Shown one piece after another: positions 1 through 11,985 of a DNA stretch of 53,798 bases. The position numbers and the translations under genes are program-made. Source of the stretch: Catajapyx aquilonaris (Eukaryota). The DNA lies in NCBI GenBank assembly GCA_000934665.2, contig JYFJ02002617.1, positions 1-53,798 on the forward strand. Direction: 5' to 3'. Each line of letters opens with the position of its first letter. The stretch's first letter is position 1. The notes below the pieces were generated by a model that saw only the letters and a program-made list of their open reading frames with translations, made no database searches and was not told the origin of the DNA.

Positions 1-2400
1 AGAACATGAGCCCCCTGTTCCTAAAGTTCCAGATTCCCAATCAGTGGCCGCCATGGTGTTGGGGCATGCCAAGAGATACAAGAACAATCCATTTATACTA
101 TACAAGACTCAAGGCGAAAACGTGTGGATCGGTGATACAGGGCTTAATGCCTTACTTGCTGGTAGCAAAAAGTTATTTGCCCTCGTTTTGCAAACAAAAG
201 AACAATTAGAACGCATGAAGGAGGGTGTTATGGATGTCTTATGCATAGATTCTACTCATTAAACCAATTCACATGGATTTTACTTGTACAACAGAATATT
301 GTGCCAGATAAGTCTCATCGTGGTTATCCAGTGGCACACTTCATCACCAATTCTAAAGACCAACAATCACTGGAGTTCACGTTTAACAGCATAAAGGCCA
401 GATGCCCAGATATGAAAATAAATTGTTTGATGACGGATGATGACAAGGCCATTTATAATGCTGTCAATCAGACATTTCATGTTACTAAGCATTTACTGTG
501 CCACTTCCACATTAAAAAAAAAACTGGAAAGATGCATTAATGACACATGGCATTGCTAAAAGTGATCGCGATGAAATGATGATGGATCTGCACCGTATTC
601 TGTACATTTCCCGCGTTGACAAGTTTCAAGCTCAGCTGAAATTGTTTTTGGAGGAGCATGCTCATGGATGCCCTGGATTTGTGGATTACTTTACAGAATA
701 CTATGAACGCAGACAAGCACTATGTGCCATGTGCTACACACACTTTCATCATGGCGAAACAGACACAAATAATTATTGTGAATCATTCCATAGTAGGCTT
801 AAGAAGCTTGAGAAAAAGGGAAATTGCAGGGTAGACAATCAGTACTACTGGAAATTGAAAGGTACAACTATTTACTCTGGGTCAAAAAATTCCAGGTTTA
901 TAAAATTGAATTACCCTGCAATAGAAATGCGATTGAGACTCGTCACAGGAAGAGAGTGGCCATAGCAGAAGTTCAACGCATGTCAGCAGCTACGTGGAAA
1001 GTTCGCTTACAGACCCACAAATCCAGGGGATGCTTGTGGTACACCATCACTTTGGTATCATCGGATTGTAAAACTTGCACAGCTGCAGATAGCCACGATC
1101 GATGTTTAGACCCAGCCTGCCCTGATTTATGTGTACACAAGTACAGGTGTGACTGTCCAGATAACCGCTTATGTAAGCATATTCATAAAGTACATTCCCT
1201 GGAGACTTCCACATCACATAATTGTAATGAGATCATTGATGTAGAGCATTGCGTGGATCCAATTAATACTTGGTCCATAATTGATCATGATTACACTGCT
1301 ATGGTTGAAGATGCTTCTGTAGGACACAGCTTGCCAGAAAAACTTAACAGTAAGTTAAGTCAAGACAGAAGTATCACTTTGTTACGAGAAAAGATTGCTG
1401 GTTTGTGTCACTTTATTCGTACAAGCAAGCGCCCAGGAAAGTGTAAACGTGGAAAATAGTTTGTTTGACAAGATGGGTCCTAAACGGCGGCGGGGCAATG
1501 CTGTGAAAAGTATTGCAATTCCTTTGAGTGCACCACATGCAGTGAGTGGCCCTGCAGCACAAGTTAATCCCTCTTCTCAAGCATCTACACCTCCATTTAC
1601 ACCTATTGTTCGCCACAATTCAGATGTTGAGAGAACAGTTTTCAAAGTAGGACCTTATCAGTTGAGACTTGCATATTTAAAAACACTGGAACCACCAGAA
1701 AACTTATTACCAGATGAATTGGCAATGTTGAGGAAGGAGTTGAATGATCAGTTTGTTGCAGGTTGGTTGAGCGATGAAATTATTAGTGCCTTTTTACACA
1801 CCCTCTGCTTTAATGTGACTGAGGAACCCATCAATAAGACATCCTTCATCGATGCTTGTGTGATGCAGAATCTTGAGAAGAAAGGGACTAAGGAGTGCAG
1901 CAGACTTGGGGAGAACATTGATCTTGGTTCCATTGAGTACATGTTTATGCCATTTTGTGCTGGTAATCATTGGGTTCCATTCCTCTGCATGCCCAAGGCA
2001 GAACGTCCTACATTTAAGTTTTATGATCCAAAGAGAGATCGACTTACTTAGAGAATTCTGCTCTTGAAGAGAACGTTGGAACGTACAGTGAAACATTTTC
2101 CCGGATTTTCATCTGTTGATTTTGAATGGGTTGACGAAAACCAGCAGGATCAGTTCGATGCACATAGTTGTGGTCCTCTGATCTGTCATTATGCAGAGAA
2201 GGTGCTTAAAAGTGGTAGTGTGCCTGACCCCATTGCCGCCAATAGATTCAAAGACTACTGCCTCGAAACAGCAACATTATTGGTGAAAACCTCCTGCCTA
2301 TACTTGGAACGTCGGGTGAGAAAATGTCCTCGAATAGGAAAAAGCAACATTCCGAAGTTTTGACAGCGACACCAAGAAAACGGGTCCTCGAAATAGAAGG
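1..2400 (+). mobile_element. Degenerate Mutator-like (MULE) transposase with SWIM zinc finger and C-terminal Ulp1/C48-like cysteine protease; 5' end lies outside the window
   Basis: Consecutive frameshifted ORFs give MULE motifs: CIDSTH (~242-259), LMTDDDKAIYNAV, LLCHFH (CxxH) and TNNYCESFHSRLK. These are followed by SWIM-like YRCDCPDNRLCKHIH (~1142-1187). Ulp1-like motifs follow: WLSDEII (1764), NHW (H 1968), YDP (D 2025) and QDQFDAHSCG (C 2169), with an in-frame TAG at 2049-2051. Confidence 0.85.
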
Positions 2401-2999
2401 CCAGAAGAGAAAACACGCACCCAAAACCGAGCAAAAAAAAAAAAAAAAAACACACATCAACAAGAGGGAAACACACTTAAGCCTACATCTGTAGAGACTA
2501 CAGGAAGAAAATGGTATATCTCCTTATGCGGACAAAAAGTTTATGTAAAATGTATTTGTAAGTCATGAGGACGAAATAGACGATTGCACAAGTAGATTCC
2601 ACAACATGTGTTTCATTACTCCATTTTGACACAAAAATTTTAATAAAACAATATTTCCCCATATAAAATACATTGCAGTACTCTCGACCGGTATTACCCG
2701 ACAGGTGGGGGAATGCCGGTCAAATGCACATGAAGACTTTTTTGGCTACAGTACATGGTGAAATTAATTTTAAAATATTTCCTTCCGGATATACAAAATA
2801 GAATATGTAAAGATTTGCCAGCAATTTAGAATTTTCGTTTTTGGAAAATAGTTTTCAATTTATAGCCAATCTCGCTTAGGTGACCAGCATTCCCCTTCTC
2901 TCCCCTACAGTTTGATGTTGTGCAGGTGTGTACGCTACATTTGCTCACTATGTTCTGAAGTGCACCATATTCCTTTCCTAAATGACTCACTTTACAGCA

Positions 3000-3660
3000 T
3001 AGCACTACTTGTTCGAACCACCTGGAAAATGCTGCATTTGATGTATAGTGTTTCAGAGACTTATTCATGCCGGAATAAAAATAGACACAATAACCACAGA
3101 TCGGCATGTACAAATTACACGCCATCCAAAAAATAAAAAATAAAATAAAAAATAAAAAATCCCATGATCAACCACCAATTTGATATTTGGCATGTTGTTA
3201 GAAATGTACACAAAGACATTTCTTAAAGCGGCAGCAAGGAGAGACAGCAGAGCTTTCCATGTGGAGAGCATCTTTTGGTGGAGTTGCTCCTCCTGTGAAG
3301 ACGTTGTGGAGCTGAGGTATGATTGAGTAATATTAGGTACATTCTATCATGGAAAGCTATTTGAATGATTATTTCCTTCAAGAGAGCGCTAGGAGTCGGT
3401 GTTGAACCATGTTGTTAACATCCATGACTGGGGCTGGCAACAACACTTTCCATCATTGCCAGCACGGACCCTCTCGCAAGGAAACCGAATGGCTGCGATT
3501 GGACACACCCGCCTACAAGGCTTTAGAAGCAATAGTAAAAAGCAAATCTTAGCTTCGCGCTCTACCTAATATGACCTGCCACACAGGGCATTTGGAGGTC
3601 TACCATAGCCTCCTGACAAAGTACTGCCCAAAAAGACAACACTTCTCATACGAAGGCAGC
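3000..3660 (+). mobile_element. Degenerate DDE transposase remnant, Kolobok/Mutator-like type
   Basis: Manual translation across frameshifts gives IKIDTITTDRH (~3075-3107), INHQFDIWHV (~3167-3196), ESVLNHVVNIHDW (~3393-3431) and HTGHLEVYHSLLTKYCPKRQHFSYEG (3580-3657). The order of these motifs is typical of this metazoan transposase family. Confidence 0.65.
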
Positions 3661-3919
3661 CTACATCTCCACAATGTGCACTTACCACCAATTTCAACTC
3701 TGAAGCAGCCTCAAACATATCCGTTCCTCTGGAGATTTGTCTGGAGAGGACAACTCATTTCGCTGAGACACTCCAGCAACAGACATATATGGTCATCTCA
3801 TTTCATCGCCGGCCCCCAGCGCAATTATGGTTCTTTGAGTGACTTGAGAAGGCTCATAAGCATTACGTTCATATGTTTATGGGAATGGTTGCCACAATAT
3901 GACGACATTTTGGACAAAA

Positions 3920-4160
3920 GGTTGTCACGGCCAAGGTCAACAATGTAGAATGTAAACATCTGTTAGATACGGGGTCACGTTCGAACTTGGTGGATATGCA
4001 AATGTGGAATCAGCTGAAACAGGATCGCGTTTTAATACATGACGATTCTTGCGAATTGTATGGCGTGACAGGGAAAAAAGGGGGGGGGAAATGAAGGGTC
4101 CCGCTCAAATCCAGTGCGGGGTTGGAGGAGTCACACAGGAAATACGTCCTTCAAATCTCC
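3920..4160 (+). mobile_element. LTR-retrotransposon (Gypsy-like) aspartic protease remnant
   Basis: Translates VVTAKVNNVECKHLLDTGSRSNLVD...CELYGVTGK. LLDTGS is the retropepsin active-site motif (3960-3977). Confidence 0.6.
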
Positions 4161-4919
4161 ATGTTTTAAAGTATCACCAGAACCCCATGTAATTCAATGC
4201 TGCATTCAAGGCCACAAGTCCACTGTCACCCTCCTTTTGCTAAGGGGGAGAGTGCATGAATGGAAATACTCATAAAAAGTTGGGCATTAAGTGACGCAAC
4301 CACTTGCTCACTGAACTTCTGAATGGGAAGGATATTAGCTAGGAATCTGAAATTACCTCAAGAAATGATGCCAAATCAGATGGACATATGGAAGGCATAT
4401 TCTTTCTGGACCAACATTGTCAGCAGAAGTAACCATGCAGCAACCGTGGATGAAACTGATAGGGAGTTACCAGGATCAGTGGACTTCAAAACCTGTATAC
4501 ATGCCAGGTTCAGGTAGGAATATGGCCACTGTATGCGAGTGATTGGAAGTTTAATACTACAAGGTGCAGTCATTAAGTTCGAAGCCCGAATTAAATCTCG
4601 GCTCCCATTTAACATAGCACGACCAAATATTTATGGCACATCGAGACTCTTTAGGGTGCAGAGGAAAAAAAAAAGGGGGGGGNGGGGGGGGGCTGGCTCA
4701 TATTCTATAATAGTTCTGGCCGTTTTCCCTAGAGGGCGCGCAGGAGTACGGTGATGAGAATAAATAACACAAAATCGCGCATGAGCGGAGGTTTGAGGAG
4801 CAGAATCCAGCACTGCTAATTCCGAAAGTGGTGGGCATCATAAGGCTTCTCACTGATACTCATTCTCATTCAGGTGGTGGTGGCCTGCATATCCCGCATG
4901 ATAATCCTCATTCAGATGG

Positions 4920-5159
4920 TGGTGATGTGTGTTGCTGGGCCATACTCCCCAGGAAACACTGGGCATGTTGAGGAAGGCGTACGGCAAATGTGCTGCTCTC
5001 TCATGGCCGGCTGTAAAAAAGTGGCATCGGCGTTTCCGGGAGGGTCGAGAGACAACATCGGACAATCCTCGCATCGGGCGGCCCATCACTAGTCGAGACG
5101 CTGAACGGATTGAAAAAGTGAGGACGGTCATCCGTGAGGACCAGTGTACACTCTTGTGA
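4920..5159 (+). mobile_element. mariner-family transposase N-terminal HTH fragment
   Basis: ORF 4929-5159: LGHTPQETLGMLRKAYG...VKKWHRRFREGRETTSDNPRIGRPITS...IEKVRTVIRED, with the W-x-x-RF-x-x-G and GRP signatures of mariner HTH domains. Truncated before the DDD domain. Confidence 0.85.
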
Positions 5160-5694
5160 AGAGTGAATACATTCATAAGGGTGATCCGTTCATAAAACCC
5201 TTTCTTTCTCCACAGACATCCATATTATCTACATATGCCTCCTGATACCACGTAAGAGGCTGCCCATGGGTGAAGGTGGATGCATTGAATCTACGGAAAA
5301 AACAACATGTGTCTGTTTCACCCCATTGTGCAACTGGCCCCCGCAAAAATGGCTCTTAGGCTCCATAGGAGGGGTACTTTTTTGTGCAAGTGACAAAAAA
5401 AAGTACAGTTGTGTGACTGTGTGGTAAATTAAGATGACGAGGGTGAGTGTGTCTTTCCGGGTGATGGGAGACCGTACACAGAAACCTATCTATCAATCAT
5501 AGGGGCATCAGAGCTGAATGCAACACAATATTTTGGGCTGTCCCCAGAGCCACTCATGAGACAATCAGTCATTTGGTTACAACAATTGATCTGTACACAG
5601 CAGGAATATTATGACAGTTTTCAAATTCTTTTGTGGTGTATACCCCTGAGAGCACCCTGATCATCAACTGTGGATCATCAGGTCAGACATTGGG

Positions 5695-5775
5695 CTGCAT
5701 GCTGGTGTAGATAGCAGGTTTGTGGAAGGTGCGTCACTCCTGTTTCAATCCAACAAGTCGACAGGTGATCACCAT
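5695..5775 (+). mobile_element. Short Tc1-like DDE transposase fragment
   Basis: Translates LHAGVDSRFVEGASLLFQSNKSTGDHH. This resembles the HAG..GFV..A.L.F.S...TGDYH block of arthropod Tc1-like DDE transposases. Confidence 0.5.
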
Positions 5776-6539
5776 TGTATTGGCGGAAAATTCACGAGGT
5801 GGACCTTGACGTGTCAAGCTGTAGGCTCCTGACGTGCTAGCTAGCCATGGTGAAGTTTCTGGAATGCACGCTTTTCAAGGCTGGCTGAGAACTCATGGGA
5901 ACATCACTGTCATATGCAGTGATCATTTTGCGGGTGGCCAAAAGTAATTGGATCCCACAAGCCGTCATTTGGGCCAACCATTTTCTAAAGCCATATAAAA
6001 AACAGAAAACTTCTGGTTCAGTGTCATGCTGCAGACAAAGTACAACAGGAGGTAACACATTCTCAACTTCGCTACCAGTTATCAACATTGATGAATATGG
6101 AGTACTTTCATGCTGGCCAAATATACAAATATACAATATACGAGAGATCTAGACCTTCAACTTCCTTCCGGAAGCATGCCATCTACCTTGACAACTACAG
6201 CGGAAAATCATTTTAATAAAGTACTACATGTAAGATACACCGGGGTAAGTGAAACCCACTGCCAAAAGTCACACTGAAAAGAGTATTAGGTCTACCATCA
6301 TGGACATTAGTCAAGGTTTGGGATGAGCATGTGGGTATCGCAGGTGAGGTGATAATTTTATCAAACCCTACACCAGGCCTTAATGGTAACATCTACTTTG
6401 TTTCTTCAAGAATTGGCCAACTTATAGACAGGAGGCGAGCTCGTAAAAGCAGTCCGTGCTCAAGAAAAGGCTCTTCATATGCAAACGCCCAAAGGTGCTC
6501 GAGTAGGGCCGAGTAGGGCCAAGTAGGGCCACGTAAACA

Positions 6540-7520
6540 AGATGAAGACATTGATAGGAAAATTCAACTCTGCAGGCTGTACATACATTGTCTCCCTTGG
6601 GAATAAAAAGAACAATGAAACTATTTGGCACTGTACTCACTATCTTGTAACGAGCAGCACGAGACTTGCAAGGAAAAGGGAATACTTGCAAAAGCAGTGA
6701 AAACATCACAAGGAAAAACACTAACTTCTCTCGACAATGAAACAATCGCTCAGTTTTTACGAGTGTGACAAATTCAGTCGGATGATGCCAGAAGGACTGC
6801 TGACGGCAAGAAACAAAAGCTACTGCTTCTTCTAAATCTCAAGCGTACGAGCTGTATTCCAAATACAAAGAGGGTCTGACACATCCAGAAGTGGGCTTCT
6901 CAACTTTTGCGTCTCTCAGACCAGCGTGGTGCATCCTTGCTGGGCCAAAAGGTAAGCTATGAATGCCTTATCCAGTCCCACAAAAACCTGTCCCTTAGTT
7001 TCACAGTAGGACTCATTACAAAATACTGCCAAACAATTTTTATCCTCAGGCACACATGCAGTGTGATGGCGAACCCACCACAGCCAGGGTCATCTGCTGG
7101 GACGACGATGTACAAAGACGTCACGAAGGATGATGAAGAGCAAGCTGCATCTGGCCTAGGTAATGTCGCTCTCATTAATCGTTCTTGTTCTCCATAATAT
7201 ATTATATTCCAACAACAGATTTGGGTTCTGCATACTACCAGGAACCCTTTGATGACATCTACGAGGAAGAACCCATAGATCCGAGTCCTCGATGGCATCC
7301 GGGCGCAACTATGTTCTTTGTCGACTAAATACGCCCCCCTGATAATGCCAAACAATTTTCCTCCCGAGGCACGCATACAGTGTGCGTCTGCATGCACCAT
7401 CAGAACGTGAAACTTATGATTTCGTCCCTACCACACTGGAATAACCTTACGTTGAATGACTGGATGGCAAAAACCGTGTGTGCAATAGATTCAGAAGACT
7501 TATGTTGAGAAATTGCCCAT
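6540..7520 (+). mobile_element. Degenerate Sola-like transposase remnant (N-terminal half), with a probable intron at 6952-7368
   Basis: Pieces read FYECDKFSRMMP, KKQKLLLLLNLK and ELYSKYKEGLTHPEVGFSTFASLRPAWCILAGPKG, then after GTAAGC...TTTTCCTCCCGAG continue GTHTVCVCMHHQNVKLMI. Confidence 0.6.
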
Positions 7521-7675
7521 CCTGGCTCGGATGCAGGAGAATAACAGAAGATTATATGACCTGTGCGATTTCCTCCACGATTAGGAGTAAATCAGTTATC
7601 AGATGATGATAACTAACCCCTCCTCTGAGAATGTGATGGCGACGCCTGGGGACCTCCATATGGAACTAATAATTG

Positions 7676-8771
7676 AACTCTCACCTGAAATTAAGATAGC
7701 ATCAAGTGCCTATCCTGCAACAATCTACACTGTGTACTGATGGGGTCATTATTTTTTCACTGAATCTGTTTCTGCCGTTTGATTTCATAAATGTCATGCA
7801 CTTTTCAAATAAATCTGCATTTGGAAATAAATCATTCTCTATGCATAGTGTCTTGAATTACAACCTACATGTATTTCTTGCTTAAGCTTCTAACCTTTTG
7901 AACTGGTTTTAACTGAAATCTACATGTTTTTTCCATTAACAAACTGATTGCACTCTGTCAAGGAGTTGGTCCAGATGAACTGCCACTAAAAGATGAGGAT
8001 ACACCGATACTGCACTGTGCGCAGTGTAACACCCAAGGCCTCGTTATACCTGGTGGCCATTTAGTTGCCTGGATACCTACTTAAACCGTTCCACACCTGC
8101 AACCAGTCATCAGGCATTCAGACACCATCATGAAATTGGCCAACTGCAGGTATGTGGAGCAGGGTTAGCCTCCCTGCCAGTAAAAATATTTTATCGTGTG
8201 AATGGTGCCAGCTTATCTTATATAGTCAGACAAGCATTCAGAAGCAGTAATTTCTTAAAGTACAATTATGTAACCTTTGTATAAACTCTCAATTACATTG
8301 TCAGATGTTGTCTGTGTTAATGAAGAGTGACACTGCAATGCCTACAGGCAAGTGTTGCAACACATTTCTGCAACTTCGATTACACCCTTGTCAGCCAGGG
8401 TGTGATGTACAAGTAAAAAAGTCAAACGAGCGAAAGTGGACATGAGAGGAGCCAGGGTATACATTTCCTTCCCAACAGACATGGTCGGACTACAAAGGGG
8501 AATTGAGTGGTAAATTACCCACACTTTAATCAATCACGAAATTTGACTGGTGAGGGGTGGCATCAGATGACTGTTTCACCCTGACCCTGATAGAGAGCAA
8601 CTCATCATATGGAAATAATAATTTAACTTCAATGTAACTCTCACCTGAAGTTAAAATAGCATCAAGTGCCTATCCTGCAACAATCTACTCTGTGTACTGA
8701 TGTGTTCATTATTTTTTCACTGAATCTGTTTCTGCTGTTTCCTTTCATAAATGTCATGCACTTTTCAAATA
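7676..8771 (+). repeat. Dispersed direct repeat of ~135 bp (7676-7811 and 8636-8771)
   Basis: AACTCTCACCTGAA...AGCATCAAGTGCCTATCCTGCAACAATCTAC...AATGTCATGCACTTTTCAAATA occurs twice with few mismatches. Confidence 0.9.
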
Positions 8772-9289
8772 CCACACAGAGTGAATTCCTATGAGAAAAT
8801 GCAGATGAGAGAATGCTTTTCCATGGGGAACACATCTTGCTCCAGTCTCCGAAGAGAGAGGACGTACAGTACATTTGAGCGATTCCAGTGTAAAGTCTTT
8901 ATCACAAATCATTCCACAGGACAGACACAGGACAGACTTGTTCTCACTAATCGGGCCGTTCGAAGACTGCTGGAGGGCTAACGTTACACCCTCCCCCGGT
9001 GACGGTGCGCCGAATGGGTACCCCAGGCCGCAGGCCTGGAAAAGAGCTAGTAAAGCTAGTGGTTTTCTAGTTACATTATAAAGTTCGCTGGTAATAGTTG
9101 GTCACACCTAATCATTTCCCTTCAATTTGTATTATACCATATACAGATATCTCTAGTCTGCAGTCATCTAGTACATCACCAGTGAAGCGAAAGAAGACCA
9201 GCCTCATGTGGCAGAATTTTACAGGAGTCAACACCCAATACCTCATACAGAGAAGATGCTCAATATATTCACAATGTCATCCTACATTG

Positions 9290-9620
9290 CATGCAGAATG
9301 ATAATCCTGTAGGCTATGTGTTGATACCGTGCACATTTGGATTTTTCAGTTCTAGAGCATCCGAAATAAAACCAGTAGATCTGTACGTTTGCAGTAGCCC
9401 ACAAATAGAAAATGTGCATATTACACATCTGTGGCTCAAGGTTTTGGAAAATTTGCATGGACCATGGTTTGGGTCACAACAATGTGAATCATTGTTTCGT
9501 GCCATGAGAAGGATGGCGAGCATTTTTTCAACGAAAGTGAACTTCAGCGTCAAGGGATTTCTCCAGCGCATCCACAGACTTGATGTACAGATGGAGGTCA
9601 TGGCCAATAACTGATATTGT
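9290..9620 (+). mobile_element. P-element-related transposase remnant (C-terminal catalytic region)
   Basis: ORF 9291-9614 contains PWFGSQQCESLFRAMRRMASIFSTKVNFSVKGFLQRI, resembling the SQ..E..F...R motif around the catalytic Glu of P-superfamily transposases. Confidence 0.55.
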
Positions 9621-11729
9621 CATTCCAAAGAGGAGGAAAGATGCCTCCTTGAGAGGGGACCTTAATTGGACACAAGCTGTAGGAGCATCACAGACAACTA
9701 CAACAATAATGATGCATTTTATCCAAAATCAGATTAGGAATGTATGTGGTCAAGTGGGTTCCCTCTGGTGCCACCTGAAGCCACCAAAGAATCTCCACAC
9801 AGTGGAAAACTTTGTATGTGGACTTGAATACTGCATTGACGTTGTATTCGTCAATAAAAGACGTCATTCCTTGACCCTTTATCTCCCGCACCCAAATTGG
9901 TTGTATTATAATACAACCAAACAAAATAAAATTCACTGGTATAACCCCGATAGAAATTTCTCTCACCATAGCCTTAAGAAATATTCATAGTTTCTATGTT
10001 TAGCACGACGTCATAAGCCAAAGGCTTGATTCACTTCAAAAAACCTGAAACAAACACTTACTGCACGAATTTAAATGCACACATCTCCCTGCCGCATATT
10101 TCCCAGTATGTGCAAGTGCATCTGAAAACCATTTAAAAAATCTCGAAATTCTATGACATACTTTTCGCCGGGGAAAAAATCAGAACGATCTGTGAACGGT
10201 AGGCAAAAAACCCCAGCCCCATGTTGGTCGTTGAGTGCGTCCTCGCTCCTAATTGGCAGGGCGGACTGCTCCGATGCCGGCTCACAACCTGAGCCTGATT
10301 TTTTTTTTTGCACCTGGAGGATCACATACTTCCTTTTAAACCGGACATGTAAAAAATTTTTAACGGACACTAATGATTTCATAATTTATCAGAGAGACTG
10401 GGCAACCATATAGAATTTTCTTGGATATTTCAGATGGGTAGAAGACGCCTTTGAAAAACCGTGTAGATGACGTCACCATATTGTGCATAGTATATGAGGC
10501 TGTTGATGCCCTTTCTCAATATGCCCTGTAGTTTGGTATGTCTCGCAATGTTCAGCCCCCTCTTGTGCATGAATCGAGAGCGAAACCGATGGTGCCAGAT
10601 CCAGCCATTTTCACCTAGGTAGCTCTTTTTAAACCCCCACCTGAAGAGTGCAAAATCGAGCAGGAGAGTTGTACATTTCGACAGGACTAAAAAAAACATT
10701 CTCTGTAAAAATAACTATTACAAGTACATGGGCCTTTTTTCTGTGGCAAGCCTCATATGGGTACAGCTTGAGTGTTTAAATAATGTTTTCTGCCATCTGG
10801 TATTATTCTATCAAGTCCCTTGAGAAAATTATATTCGCAAATTGCCAGAGGCAACCCGCAGACACCCGTTTTGCTTTGGACACCATTTCGATGGCACTGA
10901 AATTGCAGCAGTGTAACCCCCAACTTAATGGTGTAACTGCAACATAGGTTGCCTCATACAGTCATACAGGGGTCATGTCCAAATCTTATTTGTAATGCTC
11001 ATTCAACTTGTTTTTCTGCACCAGCACACAAACAATTTCCTGAGACTTTAGCCCAGCAAAGGAAACCGCACAACCAACCAACCCATGTGAATTTTCCACA
11101 TGTGACTTGTTCTTCCAGCATTTTGTAGCCTCACACAGGCAGGAACGAGGACGTCCAGTCATCTCAAATGATGGCGGCAACCAGGCCCATAGGTCTTCTT
11201 CCCAACTGCTACCCTCACGTCGCCCCCGCCAGTACCCCGCAAGGGATCTCTTGATGGTTAGGGGATTGAAGCCCTTCCCTTCCCTCCTTCCCACAGGCCT
11301 CCTCCTCATGCCGTCCATCAGGTCCTTCCATACGAGTCAAGTGCAGGAACTTTGACTTTGTCCATCAAGTCACATCGATTCACAGGGCAAGGTTGGCATG
11401 TTGCTGCATGAAATTTTTATGTTTTTTTACTAAGCCCTCACTTTGTCCTTTTCCAAGCAAATGTGACTATATTGAATAGGGCAAGCAGCGTATTCCTTAA
11501 CCCTACCTCGGCTCAACTGGCGCGTCCGAATGCGCATCACCGCTCTCCCGCCGTGACGTCACATGCGGGTGTTGGACGCGCTCTAGGACACGATTCAGGC
11601 AGCGGGAGCCGAACTTTTTTTTTTGCGCTAGTCCCTGCTGCTACGGGTGCTTCAGTAGAGTCACAGCTAATGAATGATGCAAGTGCAAACCTGCTCACTG
11701 TCAGTATATTGCTGCCCTACCTCAGCATC

Positions 11730-11837
11730 GGGGGGTAGGGGGTACCACGTAGGGGGGTAGGGGGTACAATCGGGGGGTAGTGGGTACAACAGGGGGTAGG
11801 GGTACGATGTACTAACCCAACCTAACCATACCTAACC
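11730..11837. repeat. G-rich GGGGGTAGGGGGTAC tandem repeats followed by CTAACC-type repeats
   Basis: About four copies of GGGGG(G)TAG(G/T)GGGTAC at 11730-11805, and CTAACCCAACCTAACCATACCTAACC at 11812-11837. Confidence 0.8.
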
Positions 11838-11900
11838 TTCACTCGTTGCGGATACAGCCCTATCTTCACGTAAGAAAAGACGACGAAGAAAATAGGGGGT

Positions 11901-11985
11901 AAAAAAAAAAAGAAGCCTAACGGGGACTCGAACCTGCAGCCTTCTGATCTATAGGCCAGGGCGCTACCAATACACTACAGCAGCC
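11901..11985 (-). other. tRNA-derived Pol III cassette (pseudo-tRNA or SINE head) inside the MULE element
   Basis: The minus strand reads GGCTGCTGTAGTGTATTGGTAGCGCC...GCAGGTTCGAGTCCCC...: A box TAGTGTATTGG (11967-11977), B box GGTTCGAGTCC (11924-11934), then a T11 run (11901-11911). The cloverleaf is imperfect. Confidence 0.7.

Noticed and set aside
10071..10699. Possible pogo/CENP-B HTH remnant on the minus strand (RFMHKRGLNIARHT)
   Set aside because: Only one short motif is recognisable; no DDD region or TIR could be confirmed.
11912..11985. Functional tRNA gene
   Set aside because: The acceptor and anticodon stems do not pair properly and it lies inside a TIR element; treated as tRNA-derived.
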